Shown: positions 8,287-16,213 of the stretch, piece after piece | Layout: each line of letters starts with the position of its first letter | How positions within the stretch are numbered: the stretch's first letter is position 1 | Origin: Microcystis aeruginosa NIES-843 | Lineage (GTDB): Bacteria > Cyanobacteriota > Cyanobacteriia > Cyanobacteriales > Microcystaceae | NCBI RefSeq assembly: GCF_000010625.1 | Contig: NC_010296.1 | Coordinates: 2,160,001 to 2,192,000 of the forward strand | Direction of reading: 5' to 3' | Length of the DNA: 32,000 bases | The notes under the pieces: generated by a model | Databases searched by the model: none | What the model was told of the DNA's origin: nothing | What the model saw: the letters and a program-made list of their open reading frames with translations, nothing else | Translations under genes and position numbers: made by a program

Positions 8287-9231
8287 TTATTTCAAATAAG
8301 AACGAGACACTAGGCGACACAATAAGTACGAATAATTTCATCAAGGGGTGTCCCCACAGGAGCATACATTCTTGCCCTCTTTAATGCACTAAAATCATGT
8401 TCGATATCATTTAAATCAGGAGAGTATTTTGGCAAAAACACGACCTGATGACCTGCTTCCTCTACCAGTTGTTTAATGACTGTCTTCCGATGAATTGGTG
8501 CATTATCCATAATTAATACTGATGTTATGGTTAGAGAGGGCAACAAATATAAAGATAACCACCCTTCAAAACCTTCGGCATTCAGGCTTCTCGTAAATAC
8601 CATCGGTGCAATAAAGTCTTTTTTTCCCTTTCTTCTACCAGCGACAAGGTTCTCTCTTTTTCCTCGTTTTCCTTGTCTATCTCCAAAGACTTTCTTCCCT
8701 TTTTTTGACCAAGCATAAAAACAGGCTTGAAATTCTTCAAACCCTGACTCATCAATAAATACAAGGCTTTCACTTCCATATATTTTAATCAATTCTCTCA
8801 GCACTCTGTAGTATTTCATTCTTTCTTCTCGGTTTCTTTCTCTATAACGAAGTTCCTTCTTTTTTCTGGTAACTTTCATGTTTTTTAAGGCATAGCAAAT
8901 GGCACTTGGTCTCACTCCAAATTTCTCGGCTCTGTCTCTTAATCTTGCCTCGGGATTTTCTTGGACATCTTTTGACAGTGCTTTCCAGTCCAGCTTTCTC
9001 TGACGGTGTTTTACCTTTGTTGCTTCCAGTTTTTCCCTACCTAGCCATCTATATATCGTCGCTCTTCCTATATTAAATAGAGCGGCGGCTTTGGTTATGC
9101 TTCCCCCATTCTCTACATAATCGATTACTTTTTTTCTCAAGTCTAGGCTATAAGACATTTTTCTGTATGGGTTGCTCGTTTCTCTTGATTTTACCTTATT
9201 TTTCCCTCGTCTCACACTTATTTGAAATGAC
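8286..9231 (-). mobile_element. IS630-family insertion sequence, apparently intact, flanked by a TA target duplication
   Basis: Terminal inverted repeats GTTATTTCAAATAAGAACGAGAC (8286-) and GTCATTTCAAATAAGTGTGAGAC (reverse complement of -9231). TA lies at 8284-8285 and 9232-9233. It contains a single DDE transposase ORF. Confidence 0.85.
8310..9215 (-). CDS. IS630-family DDE transposase
   Basis: N-terminal HTH (SITKAAALFNIGRATIYRW). Catalytic triad context VFIDESGF, LIMDNAPIHR, YSPDLNDIEHDF (DD35E-type spacing). The likely true start is MSYSLDL at 9158; the ORF track extension runs into the terminal repeat. Confidence 0.9.
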   Translation of the reverse strand: MRRGKNKVKSRETSNPYRKMSYSLDLRKKVIDYVENGGSITKAAALFNIGRATIYRWLGREKLEATKVKHRQRKLDWKALSKDVQENPEARLRDRAEKFGVRPSAICYALKNMKVTRKKKELRYRERNREERMKYYRVLRELIKIYGSESLVFIDESGFEEFQACFYAWSKKGKKVFGDRQGKRGKRENLVAGRRKGKKDFIAPMVFTRSLNAEGFEGWLSLYLLPSLTITSVLIMDNAPIHRKTVIKQLVEEAGHQVVFLPKYSPDLNDIEHDFSALKRARMYAPVGTPLDEIIRTYCVA

Positions 9232-9249
9232 TATAAAAGTCTATTTATA

Positions 9250-9294
9250 AGTAGGGTTTGCGGCAAAAAGTTTGTTGGTGGGGTTAGGAGTCAG
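9250..9294 (+). repeat. Gene-3'-end repeat family, copy A (AGTAGGGTTTGCGGCAAAAAGTTTGTTGGTGGGGTTAGGAGTCAG)
   Basis: Nearly identical to 16019..16062 (one substitution, one deletion). The first 25 nt also occur inverted at 20871..20895. Confidence 0.85.
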
Positions 9295-9573
9295 GAGTCG
9301 GTCGTCAGGAGTCAGGATTCTCCGAGTCAGGAGTCAGGAGTCAGGAGATAGGAGATTATTTTATTTATTCTCCCCACACCCCACACCCCACACCCCACAC
9401 CCCACACCCCACTTCCCCACTTCCCCAATTCCCACACCCCACACCCCACACCCCACACCCCACTTCCCCAATTCCCACACCCCACACCCCACACCCCACA
9501 CCCCACACCCCACACCCCACTTCCCCACTTCCCACTTCCCACTTCCCACTTCCCAATTCATAATTCATAATTT
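9286..9573. repeat. Composite heptanucleotide tandem-repeat tract: (AGGAGTC)n, then (CCCCACA)n/(CTTCCCA)n, then (AATTCAT)2
   Basis: Contiguous 7-nt units visible by eye. The minus strand reads (GGGGTGT)n. The four overlapping track ORFs here translate to low-complexity PHTPHP / GVWGVG strings. Confidence 0.95.
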
Positions 9574-10859
9574 AACCTTTGACTCACCCCGGCAATAGCA
9601 GCCAAGAGAAACCAAACAATAGTATTAATCTTGACATCGGAGAGGGTGACATCGACGAGATTAAATAAAACACAAGCGCCAAAAGCTACCAGATAGGTAA
9701 AGATAATTAACTCCCCCCCGGCTTTTTGTTGTCGTAAAAAGATTAATAAACGCACCCCTTGGGCATAAATCCAACCCACCCAAGCGGACAATAAAATTAA
9801 GCCAATAATTCCCGTTTCTGCCATTAACATCAAATATAAATTATGGGGATGACCTAACCATAATCCCTGACTTTTTTCGTAGAGAGGTGTAAAACTGCGT
9901 AATCCCCAACCGAATAGGGGTCTTTCTTGGGTCATTTCGAGAGTAAAACGCCATTGAGTTGATCTGAGAGTCGCTAGAGGGCGATCAGGGAACATTTCAT
10001 CGGATAATCGCGCCCAAATCGTCCTAGGAACCAAAAAACGCACACTATCCCTTAAAGGATTTGGTCCCCAAGAAGCGAGGGAAATCACCCCCCCCAAGAG
10101 GATAAAACCGGCGACTAAGGCATTCCAACCCAGATAAAGGGCGAAAATTAGGCCTCCTAAAAAGGCTAAGGCCCAAGCATTGCGAGAATTGCTTAAAAAT
10201 AGCCCTACACCGTCGATCAATATGGTTAAAGTTAAAAACCCGACTTTGAGATTTAAAAGGGTATTTCTTTGTCTGTGCCACTGCCGCAAAGTTAGAATTA
10301 ATAAACCGATCGCTAAAATCAGAGTTATTAATAAATAAGCCCCCAAAAGATTAGCATACATAAAAACCGAAGACATCCGCCCGCTCGGTTCACCCCCCGC
10401 CCCGTAGGGCCAGGTAAAAATCCCTTTTAATGCTTCCGGTTTTTGCCAACCGAGAAAAATTTGTCCCCATCCCATCACCACTACCCAAACCGACGGAATA
10501 ACCATCACCCAAGCTAGTTGACGCAATTGAGAGGGTTTTTTAATTAATTGCCGAATATTGCTAAAAAAGAAGAAAAAAGGCAGGAAATTTCCTAAACCAA
10601 TCCAAGCATCCCCCGGAGTTGGGGAAAGACTGGCACTAATCATCAACCAAAGAGTGACGATACCGAGACCTTGATTAAGACGTGACCGGATAATTGCCCG
10701 AAAATTGCCGGTAAAAACCCTAATTAAGACGATAATAATGCCGATACCCGCTAACTCCGGCAGCATCATGGCAATAAAAACTGAAAAAAGTATTAAATTC
10801 CACTCCCACCCTTGACAAAAAATTTTTTTCATGCTATGCAGGCTGCCAACAATCGTCAC
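9558..10859 (-). CDS. O-antigen ligase (Wzy_C) domain membrane protein, IctB-like
   Basis: Polytopic membrane protein with the Wzy_C-type loop WRFTLEMTQERPLFGWGLRSF and GHPHNLYLMLMAETGIIG. Cyanobacterial IctB homologues have this architecture. The alternative start MKKIF at 10832 would remove the overlap with the upstream gene. Confidence 0.65.
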   Translation of the reverse strand: MTIVGSLHSMKKIFCQGWEWNLILFSVFIAMMLPELAGIGIIIVLIRVFTGNFRAIIRSRLNQGLGIVTLWLMISASLSPTPGDAWIGLGNFLPFFFFFSNIRQLIKKPSQLRQLAWVMVIPSVWVVVMGWGQIFLGWQKPEALKGIFTWPYGAGGEPSGRMSSVFMYANLLGAYLLITLILAIGLLILTLRQWHRQRNTLLNLKVGFLTLTILIDGVGLFLSNSRNAWALAFLGGLIFALYLGWNALVAGFILLGGVISLASWGPNPLRDSVRFLVPRTIWARLSDEMFPDRPLATLRSTQWRFTLEMTQERPLFGWGLRSFTPLYEKSQGLWLGHPHNLYLMLMAETGIIGLILLSAWVGWIYAQGVRLLIFLRQQKAGGELIIFTYLVAFGACVLFNLVDVTLSDVKINTIVWFLLAAIAGVSQRLNYEL

Positions 10860-11661
10860 GGGTCAGACGAATTTGGGCGATGGCAAAAATAGTCGGGATA
10901 ATCCGGCCGTAATCGGTGGCGATCGCTTTCCAACCGAGGTCAGCAATAAACCAACCCCATAGAGCCGGTCCTACCAAACTTAACACGGTTCTGACCGCTC
11001 CGTAGCGGGCCGCCGCCGTAGTCATGCCCTGTTTAGCCGTTTGTAGGGCGATTTGATTAGCAATTGCCCCACCCTGGACTAGGGCAGTTTTTGCCCCTTG
11101 ATAGCGGACAAAATGGAGAGCGAACTGCCCGGCGATATGTTTGAGCAGAATCGGTTTCAGGATAGAATTAACGGCGATGACGCTGCCGCCTTTGAGGACT
11201 ATATCGAGGGGATTGTGTTGTAGGTGAACGGGTAAGGGTTGGGGAGTGTGGGAATCCGCGAGCGCTTTTTGAATTTGAATCGAGAGGGATTTTTGTTCCG
11301 ATGGGGGGAGACGTTTCCAAGCTTTGTTAACCAGATGAAGATAGATTTCCGCTTCAATTTCCGTTGTCGGCATTTTTTGGGAGTAGGGAACCTTGAGGAA
11401 ATGACAGACACGGACGAGAATTTGACGATAACTAACTTTTTCGGTTTGACCTTTTAATACTGTCACACCATCGGCAGCCAAGTAACGAAAACGATCCTCG
11501 ACGCTATCTAACCAACTATCCCAATCTTGACTTTGAACGGCGATTGCGTCCGGCGCTCGTAGATAATCGAGAGGGTTAAAACGACGGCAAAAGAGGATGT
11601 TAGTGATTTGCTGTAGTTCCTCCTCGGTGGCTAACTCCAAAGCTGTGCGTAATTCGTCCAA
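10834..11661 (-). CDS. YaaW-like (UPF0174) conserved protein
   Basis: The N-terminus DELRTALELATEEELQQITNILF, a central block YRQILVRVCHFLKVPYSQKMPTTEIEAEIYLHLV..AWKRL and a glycine/alanine-rich C-terminus resemble E. coli YaaW family organisation. Function unknown. Confidence 0.5.
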   Translation of the reverse strand: MDELRTALELATEEELQQITNILFCRRFNPLDYLRAPDAIAVQSQDWDSWLDSVEDRFRYLAADGVTVLKGQTEKVSYRQILVRVCHFLKVPYSQKMPTTEIEAEIYLHLVNKAWKRLPPSEQKSLSIQIQKALADSHTPQPLPVHLQHNPLDIVLKGGSVIAVNSILKPILLKHIAGQFALHFVRYQGAKTALVQGGAIANQIALQTAKQGMTTAAARYGAVRTVLSLVGPALWGWFIADLGWKAIATDYGRIIPTIFAIAQIRLTRDDCWQPA

Positions 11662-11758
11662 TGTGGTTTGTCCTCCTCAGCCCCAATAATCAACTTAGTT
11701 TCGCTAGTGCTGATTACTACTAATATTAACTCAAGGGTTCACAGGATTAGGAAGGCTA

Positions 11759-12703
11759 GTGACAAATTTTTCGATTAAGGTTGGGATCATTGGTGCGGGT
11801 TTAGCCGGGTTAACCTGCGCTCGTCAGTTGTGCGATCGAGGTTATACTGTTAAGCTATTTGATAAGTCTAGAGGCATTGGTGGTCGTTTAGCCACACGAC
11901 GGGTTAACCGAGTCAATCAAGTGATTGCTGTGGATCATGGTTTGCCTTTTTTGACTATTCAGGGCGAAAAAACGGCGGCTTTAATTGATAATCTCCTGAG
12001 AGAGAATCTAGTTACTTCTTGGTTTGATTCTAGCTATGTTGCTCCTTCTGGCATCAATAGCGTGGCGAAATTTTTAGCTAAAGGTTTAGAAATTGAACGA
12101 GATTTTCTGGTTACTCGTCTGGAAAATCGTCAAGAAAAATGGGTTTTAAACAATAACGGTCAAATTCGGGGAGAGTTTTCGGCGATTGTCCTGGCTATTC
12201 CCGCCCCGCAAGCAGCGTTATTGTTAGAAAACTCTCTCATAACTACTATGCCAGAATTGCGATCGATCGTTTACGATCCCTGTTTAACGGTAATGGCGGG
12301 TTATGGCGATTCTTTACCCGCAGTTGCTCCCTCCACCGATATCGCTTGGTTAGGACTTGATAGCAGTAAACGGCAATCATCCCCTGATTATGTCTTTGTT
12401 GTGCATAGTAGTGGAGATTTTGCGGTTAAATATCTCGATAGCGAGGATTTAGAAGCAGTTAAGCTAGATTTGCTCGCTCGTGCTTCTTTGCCTCTCCCCG
12501 ATTGGTCCTGGATTCACCGTTGGCGTTATGCTTTAGTCCGTCAGGGTTTAGCTGTACCCTGTTTAAGTGTTAATAGTCCTTTACCTCTAGTTGCCTGTGG
12601 TGATTGGTGTCAAGGGGGAGATTTGTCGAGAAATTCTTCCCTAGAAACGGCCTTAACTTCTGGGATAGCGGCGGCTAATCAAGTTCAGCAGCTACTCTCT
12701 TAA
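11759..12703 (+). CDS. NAD(P)/FAD-dependent oxidoreductase (renalase-like, COG3380-type)
   Basis: GTG start preceded by AGGAAGG. Rossmann dinucleotide motif VGIIGAGLAGLTCA...LFDKSRGIGGRLATRR. C-terminus ACGDWC. Confidence 0.75.
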   Translation: MTNFSIKVGIIGAGLAGLTCARQLCDRGYTVKLFDKSRGIGGRLATRRVNRVNQVIAVDHGLPFLTIQGEKTAALIDNLLRENLVTSWFDSSYVAPSGINSVAKFLAKGLEIERDFLVTRLENRQEKWVLNNNGQIRGEFSAIVLAIPAPQAALLLENSLITTMPELRSIVYDPCLTVMAGYGDSLPAVAPSTDIAWLGLDSSKRQSSPDYVFVVHSSGDFAVKYLDSEDLEAVKLDLLARASLPLPDWSWIHRWRYALVRQGLAVPCLSVNSPLPLVACGDWCQGGDLSRNSSLETALTSGIAAANQVQQLLS

Positions 12704-12801
12704 GAATCTAGAGACAGGTTTAAATTCTTAGGTTAAGCTTAAGTTAACAAAAGTTTAAATATATAATAATGTAGATATCCTATACTGGGGGGTCGGTAAC
12801 A

Positions 12802-13056
12802 ATGGAAAAATTCAATTCTAAAGATAACTTTCTCTACCCTAAAACCAGCTACAGGGGTTTATTCACGCCACAAAATTTAGTTTTTAACGCTAATTTGCAG
12901 GAATTCGCCCTGAGAGTCTCTTTTATCGCTGGTTTACACAGTGGGGGAAAGCTTACCTCCACGGAAGCTTACGAGAAAATTAACCAGCTTTGGCAAGAGT
13001 TGAATACCAGTCAAAAATTCCTACTAGCTAATCATTTTGAGGATCACGGAGATTGA
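12802..13056 (+). CDS. Hypothetical small protein (84 aa)
   Basis: Clean ORF with GGGG..GGTAACA upstream. No motif I can recognise. Coding status rests only on ORF length and composition. Confidence 0.4.
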   Translation: MEKFNSKDNFLYPKTSYRGLFTPQNLVFNANLQEFALRVSFIAGLHSGGKLTSTEAYEKINQLWQELNTSQKFLLANHFEDHGD

Positions 13057-13071
13057 GAGATGGGGGTTTTT

Positions 13072-13106
13072 CAGTGATCAGTAAACAGTAAACAGTAATC
13101 AGTATC
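13072..13106. repeat. Heptanucleotide tandem repeat (CAGTRAW)x5, preceded by GTGAT
   Basis: CAGTGAT CAGTAAA CAGTAAA CAGTAAT CAGTATC. Same unit and orientation as the array at 19275..19309. Confidence 0.95.
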
Positions 13107-13289
13107 TAAAGTGCCACATTGACAAAAGTGGGTCAAGTAGTTCTTAGTTATGTCAGAGCTTTCTGGCCATAGCTGGCTTTCATCTTCTAGATAAAAATGT
13201 TATCAAAAGACAAAAGCGGGTAATTCTGCCGCTACAATATGATAGCGAGTTGTCAAGAGAACAGTAAAAGAACTGCCAATTGGATCTAG

Positions 13290-15353
13290 ATGCCTCAATA
13301 TACTACTAAACAAGCAACGGAAAACCCTGTTGTGTCCGACCAGTCCGCCAAGAATCCCTTTTCACTATTTGGTCAATTTTGGGAAAGCCTAAAAATTGTC
13401 GCTCAACCCTATTGGTATCCAACGGAGTTAAATGGACGTGCCTTTGGAGATGTGATCATTTCTTGGGGGATGTCAGCTTTGATTCTTTTAAGTATCTTGG
13501 CAACGGTGGGGGTAGAAGCTTTTAGTAGCTACTGGAATCGTTATGTACTCGACATTATTATTGAAGATAGAGATCTTTCTAAATATCTAAATACGCTGTG
13601 GTTATCCAGTTTGTTGATTATATTAACAACGGGGTTATTTGCTTTTTCTCAATTTATTCGTCGCAAAGTAGCCTTAGATTGGTATAAGTGGTTAACGAAA
13701 CAAACCGTCAAAAAATATCTCAATTATCGCGCTTATTATAACATTGATTTTACCTCAGCTTTAAAAAATCCCGATCAAAGATTATCTCAAGAAATTGAAC
13801 CAATTACGACCATGACCCTAAGGTTGTTAATTACCTTCGTGGAAAAAGGGTTACAAATGATTACTTTTGCGATTATTCTTTGGACAATTTCTCGGCAAAT
13901 TGCGGTTTATCTAATAATTTATACGATCGCAGGAAATTTCATAGCAATTTATCTAACTCAAGAATTAAACAAGATTAATCAATCTGAGCTTAATAATAAA
14001 GCTGATTATAATTATGCTTTAACCCATGTGCGTAACCACGCCGAATCCATTGCTTTTTTTCAGGGAGAAGAGCAGGAAGAAAAAATCATTGAAGGCCGTT
14101 TTGAACGGGTTATTCAAAGCTCGGAAAAACTGATAAATTGGGAACGGTTTAATAATCTTTTTAATCGAGGTTATCAGTCAGCGATTAGTGTATTTTCAAT
14201 GTTTATTTTGACCCCGATGTTTATTAAAAATGAAATCGATTATGGGGAAATAAGTCAAGCGAGTTTATGCTGTTTCCTTTTTTCTAATGCCTTGGGACAA
14301 TTAATTACTGAATGGGGAACATCGGGTAAAGTTTCAAGTTATATTGAACGGTTAGCTACCTTGACAGATGCCTTAAAAGTTGCCAGTGAAGAGCCGAAAA
14401 ACTTAAGTCGTATTATCACCCTGGAAGATAATCGTCTAGCTTTTGAAAATTTTACCCTACAAACTCCCGATTATGAAAAGGTAATTGTGGAGAATTTATC
14501 GGTTTCTGTCCCTTTGGGAGAAAGCCTACTGATTATTGGCCCCAGTGGTCGAGGAAAAAGTTCCTTGTTACGAGCAATCGCCGGTTTATGGAAAGCAGGT
14601 AGCGGCCGTTTAGTGCGTCCTCCTTTAGCTAAAATGTTATTTTTGCCCCAACGTCCTTATATTATCCTTGGCAGTTTACGCCAGCAATTACTTTATCCCC
14701 ATACCAATGATCAGGTGAGCGATGAAGAATTAGAAAATATCTTAAAAAAAGTCAACCTGCAACATTTATTAACTGACAAAAATAGCTTAGATAAAGAAGT
14801 CAACTGGGAACAAATTTTATCTCTGGGAGAACAACAAAGATTAGCTTTTGCTCGACTATTAATCACTAAACCTACCTTTACTATCTTAGATGAAGCAACT
14901 AGCGCTTTAGATTTGGCCAATGAAGCCAGCTTATATCAGCAATTACAGGAAAGTGAAACCACTTTTATTAGTGTTGGTCATCGGGAAAGTTTATTTAATT
15001 ATCATCGATGGGTCTTAGAGTTAACAGAAAATTCCCATTGGCAGCTGTCAACTGTAGAAGATTATCAGCGCAAAAAAGTGAATAACCTAGTGATGATGTC
15101 AAAAAAATCAGAAAATTTTTCGGCGGTAAAAATAGAGACTTTGTCTGAGGTTAAAACTGAGCATGATGCGGAAATTGCAGGAGTTTCTGAAATAGCCGAA
15201 GGTTTGTCCCATCAACAAATGCAGTCCCTAACTGATTATTCTTTAAGTAGCGTTCGTAATCGAGCCAGTTTAGGTAAAATCATTACTGCCAAAGATGGTT
15301 TTAATTATCGTTACGATAAAGACCCAAAAACCTTAAAATGGGTGAGAATATAG
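13290..15353 (+). CDS. ABC transporter, fused permease/ATPase of the ABCD / SbmA-BacA-like type (ABC membrane 2); positional candidate for microviridin transporter MdnE
   Basis: Walker A GPSGRGKSS, signature LSLGEQQRLAFARL, Walker B FTILDEATSALD. The TMD ends with NHAESIAFFQGEEQE, like the ABCD-family EEIAFYGG motif. A tail of about 90 aa beyond the NBD has no recognisable motif. Confidence 0.85.
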   Translation: MPQYTTKQATENPVVSDQSAKNPFSLFGQFWESLKIVAQPYWYPTELNGRAFGDVIISWGMSALILLSILATVGVEAFSSYWNRYVLDIIIEDRDLSKYLNTLWLSSLLIILTTGLFAFSQFIRRKVALDWYKWLTKQTVKKYLNYRAYYNIDFTSALKNPDQRLSQEIEPITTMTLRLLITFVEKGLQMITFAIILWTISRQIAVYLIIYTIAGNFIAIYLTQELNKINQSELNNKADYNYALTHVRNHAESIAFFQGEEQEEKIIEGRFERVIQSSEKLINWERFNNLFNRGYQSAISVFSMFILTPMFIKNEIDYGEISQASLCCFLFSNALGQLITEWGTSGKVSSYIERLATLTDALKVASEEPKNLSRIITLEDNRLAFENFTLQTPDYEKVIVENLSVSVPLGESLLIIGPSGRGKSSLLRAIAGLWKAGSGRLVRPPLAKMLFLPQRPYIILGSLRQQLLYPHTNDQVSDEELENILKKVNLQHLLTDKNSLDKEVNWEQILSLGEQQRLAFARLLITKPTFTILDEATSALDLANEASLYQQLQESETTFISVGHRESLFNYHRWVLELTENSHWQLSTVEDYQRKKVNNLVMMSKKSENFSAVKIETLSEVKTEHDAEIAGVSEIAEGLSHQQMQSLTDYSLSSVRNRASLGKIITAKDGFNYRYDKDPKTLKWVRI

Positions 15354-15392
15354 CTAATGGGGTGACAAACAGATTGAAAGTGAGACAGAGTA

Positions 15393-15455
15393 TTCAGACT
15401 TCCCCCTCTCAGGAGAACTAGAGAATCAGGTTTTTGCTGGGTAAGTTGATTAACA
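15393..15455. repeat. Left arm of a perfect 63-bp inverted repeat flanking mdnD
   Basis: TTCAGACTTCCCCCTCTCAGGAGAACTAGAGAATCAGGTTTTTGCTGGGTAAGTTGATTAACA is the exact reverse complement of 16112..16174. Confidence 0.95.
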
Positions 15456-15464
15456 AGCTACTAA

Positions 15465-15481
15465 CTGATAACTGATAACTG
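15465..15481. repeat. Heptanucleotide repeat (CTGATAA)x2.5
   Basis: Lies just inside the left IR arm and mirrors the longer (TTATCAG)7 array inside the right arm. Confidence 0.9.
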
Positions 15482-15499
15482 GTATAGGAGTTTTATCAC

Positions 15500-16033
15500 A
15501 TGAAAGCACTGGAAAAACTGGTGACGGAACGATTATATTTAGTCCCCTTCAAGCTTGAACTTCTCAAGGCCGCAATTATAGGTATCGATGAATTAGCAAC
15601 AATTTTGGGGGTAAAAGTTGCAGCTGACTGGGCCGAACAAGAGTTGATTCAAGCTTTCCCTGATATTGCGAATATTTTGCTGCAATTCCCCTTACAAAAT
15701 GAGTGGGGGTGGGGGAGTTTAATTATTCATCAAACAGAAAATACCCTTATTGGTCATGTGATGATCAAAATTATTCCTGATGTCACAGGTTTACCCACAG
15801 ATGCTGTAGAAATTGGCTATCAAGTAGCGCCGTTATATCGACGACAAGGCTACGCATCTGAGGCGACAAAAGCAATGATGGACTGGACACTTTCTCAACC
15901 TGGTATGCAAACAGTGACCGCTGGCTGCGCTCCCGATAATATAGCTTCAAAGCGAGTTTTAGAAAAAATAGGCATGGATCTGATAGAAGCACGAGAGAAA
16001 GTCTTGGTCTGGAAATTAAGTAGGGTTTGCTGA
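15500..16033 (+). CDS. mdnD: GNAT family N-acetyltransferase, microviridin N-acetyltransferase MdnD candidate
   Basis: GNAT motif A (YRRQGYASEATKAMMDW). RimJ/RimL-like N-terminus (TERLYLVPF). AGGAG RBS 9 nt upstream. Adjacent to mdnC. Confidence 0.75.
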   Translation: MKALEKLVTERLYLVPFKLELLKAAIIGIDELATILGVKVAADWAEQELIQAFPDIANILLQFPLQNEWGWGSLIIHQTENTLIGHVMIKIIPDVTGLPTDAVEIGYQVAPLYRRQGYASEATKAMMDWTLSQPGMQTVTAGCAPDNIASKRVLEKIGMDLIEAREKVLVWKLSRVC

Positions 16034-16062
16034 AAAAGTTTGTTGGTGGGGTTAGGAGTCAG
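16019..16062 (+). repeat. Gene-3'-end repeat family, copy B, overlapping the last four codons and stop of mdnD
   Basis: AGTAGGGTTTGCTGAAAAAGTTTGTTGGTGGGGTTAGGAGTCAG. Compare 9250..9294. Confidence 0.85.
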
Positions 16063-16111
16063 TTATCAGTTATCAGTTATCAGTTATCAGTTATCAGTTA
16101 TCAGTTATCAG
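16061..16111. repeat. Heptanucleotide tandem repeat (AGTTATC)x7, the reverse complement of the CTGATAA family
   Basis: Seven perfect contiguous units immediately inside the right IR arm. Confidence 0.95.
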
Positions 16112-16174
16112 TGTTAATCAACTTACCCAGCAAAAACCTGATTCTCTAGTTCTCCTGAGAGGGGGAAGTCTGAA
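16112..16174. repeat. Right arm of the perfect 63-bp inverted repeat flanking mdnD
   Basis: Exact reverse complement of 15393..15455. Confidence 0.95.
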
Positions 16175-16181
16175 AAATTTT

Positions 16182-16213
16182 CCCTACACCCCACACCCCA
16201 CACCCTACACCCT
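16182..16213. repeat. (CCCTACA/CCCCACA) heptamer tract; the minus strand is G-rich (GGGTGTR)n
   Basis: CCCTACACCCCACACCCCACACCCTACACCC. Same unit family as 9372-9520 and 20828-20862. Confidence 0.9.

Noticed and set aside
9272-9598. Four overlapping ORFs (108, 71, 66, 67 aa) on both strands
   Set aside because: They are produced entirely by heptanucleotide tandem repeats (translations PHTPHPTPH... and GVWGVGCGVWG...). This is low-complexity sequence open in several frames at once, so it is not treated as coding.
16061-16111. Could the regularly spaced short repeats (here and at 22192, 27341, 9372) be CRISPR arrays?
   Set aside because: The units are 7 nt and strictly contiguous with no spacers, no repeats of 25-40 nt are present, and there are no cas genes in the window. 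They are simple tandem repeats.
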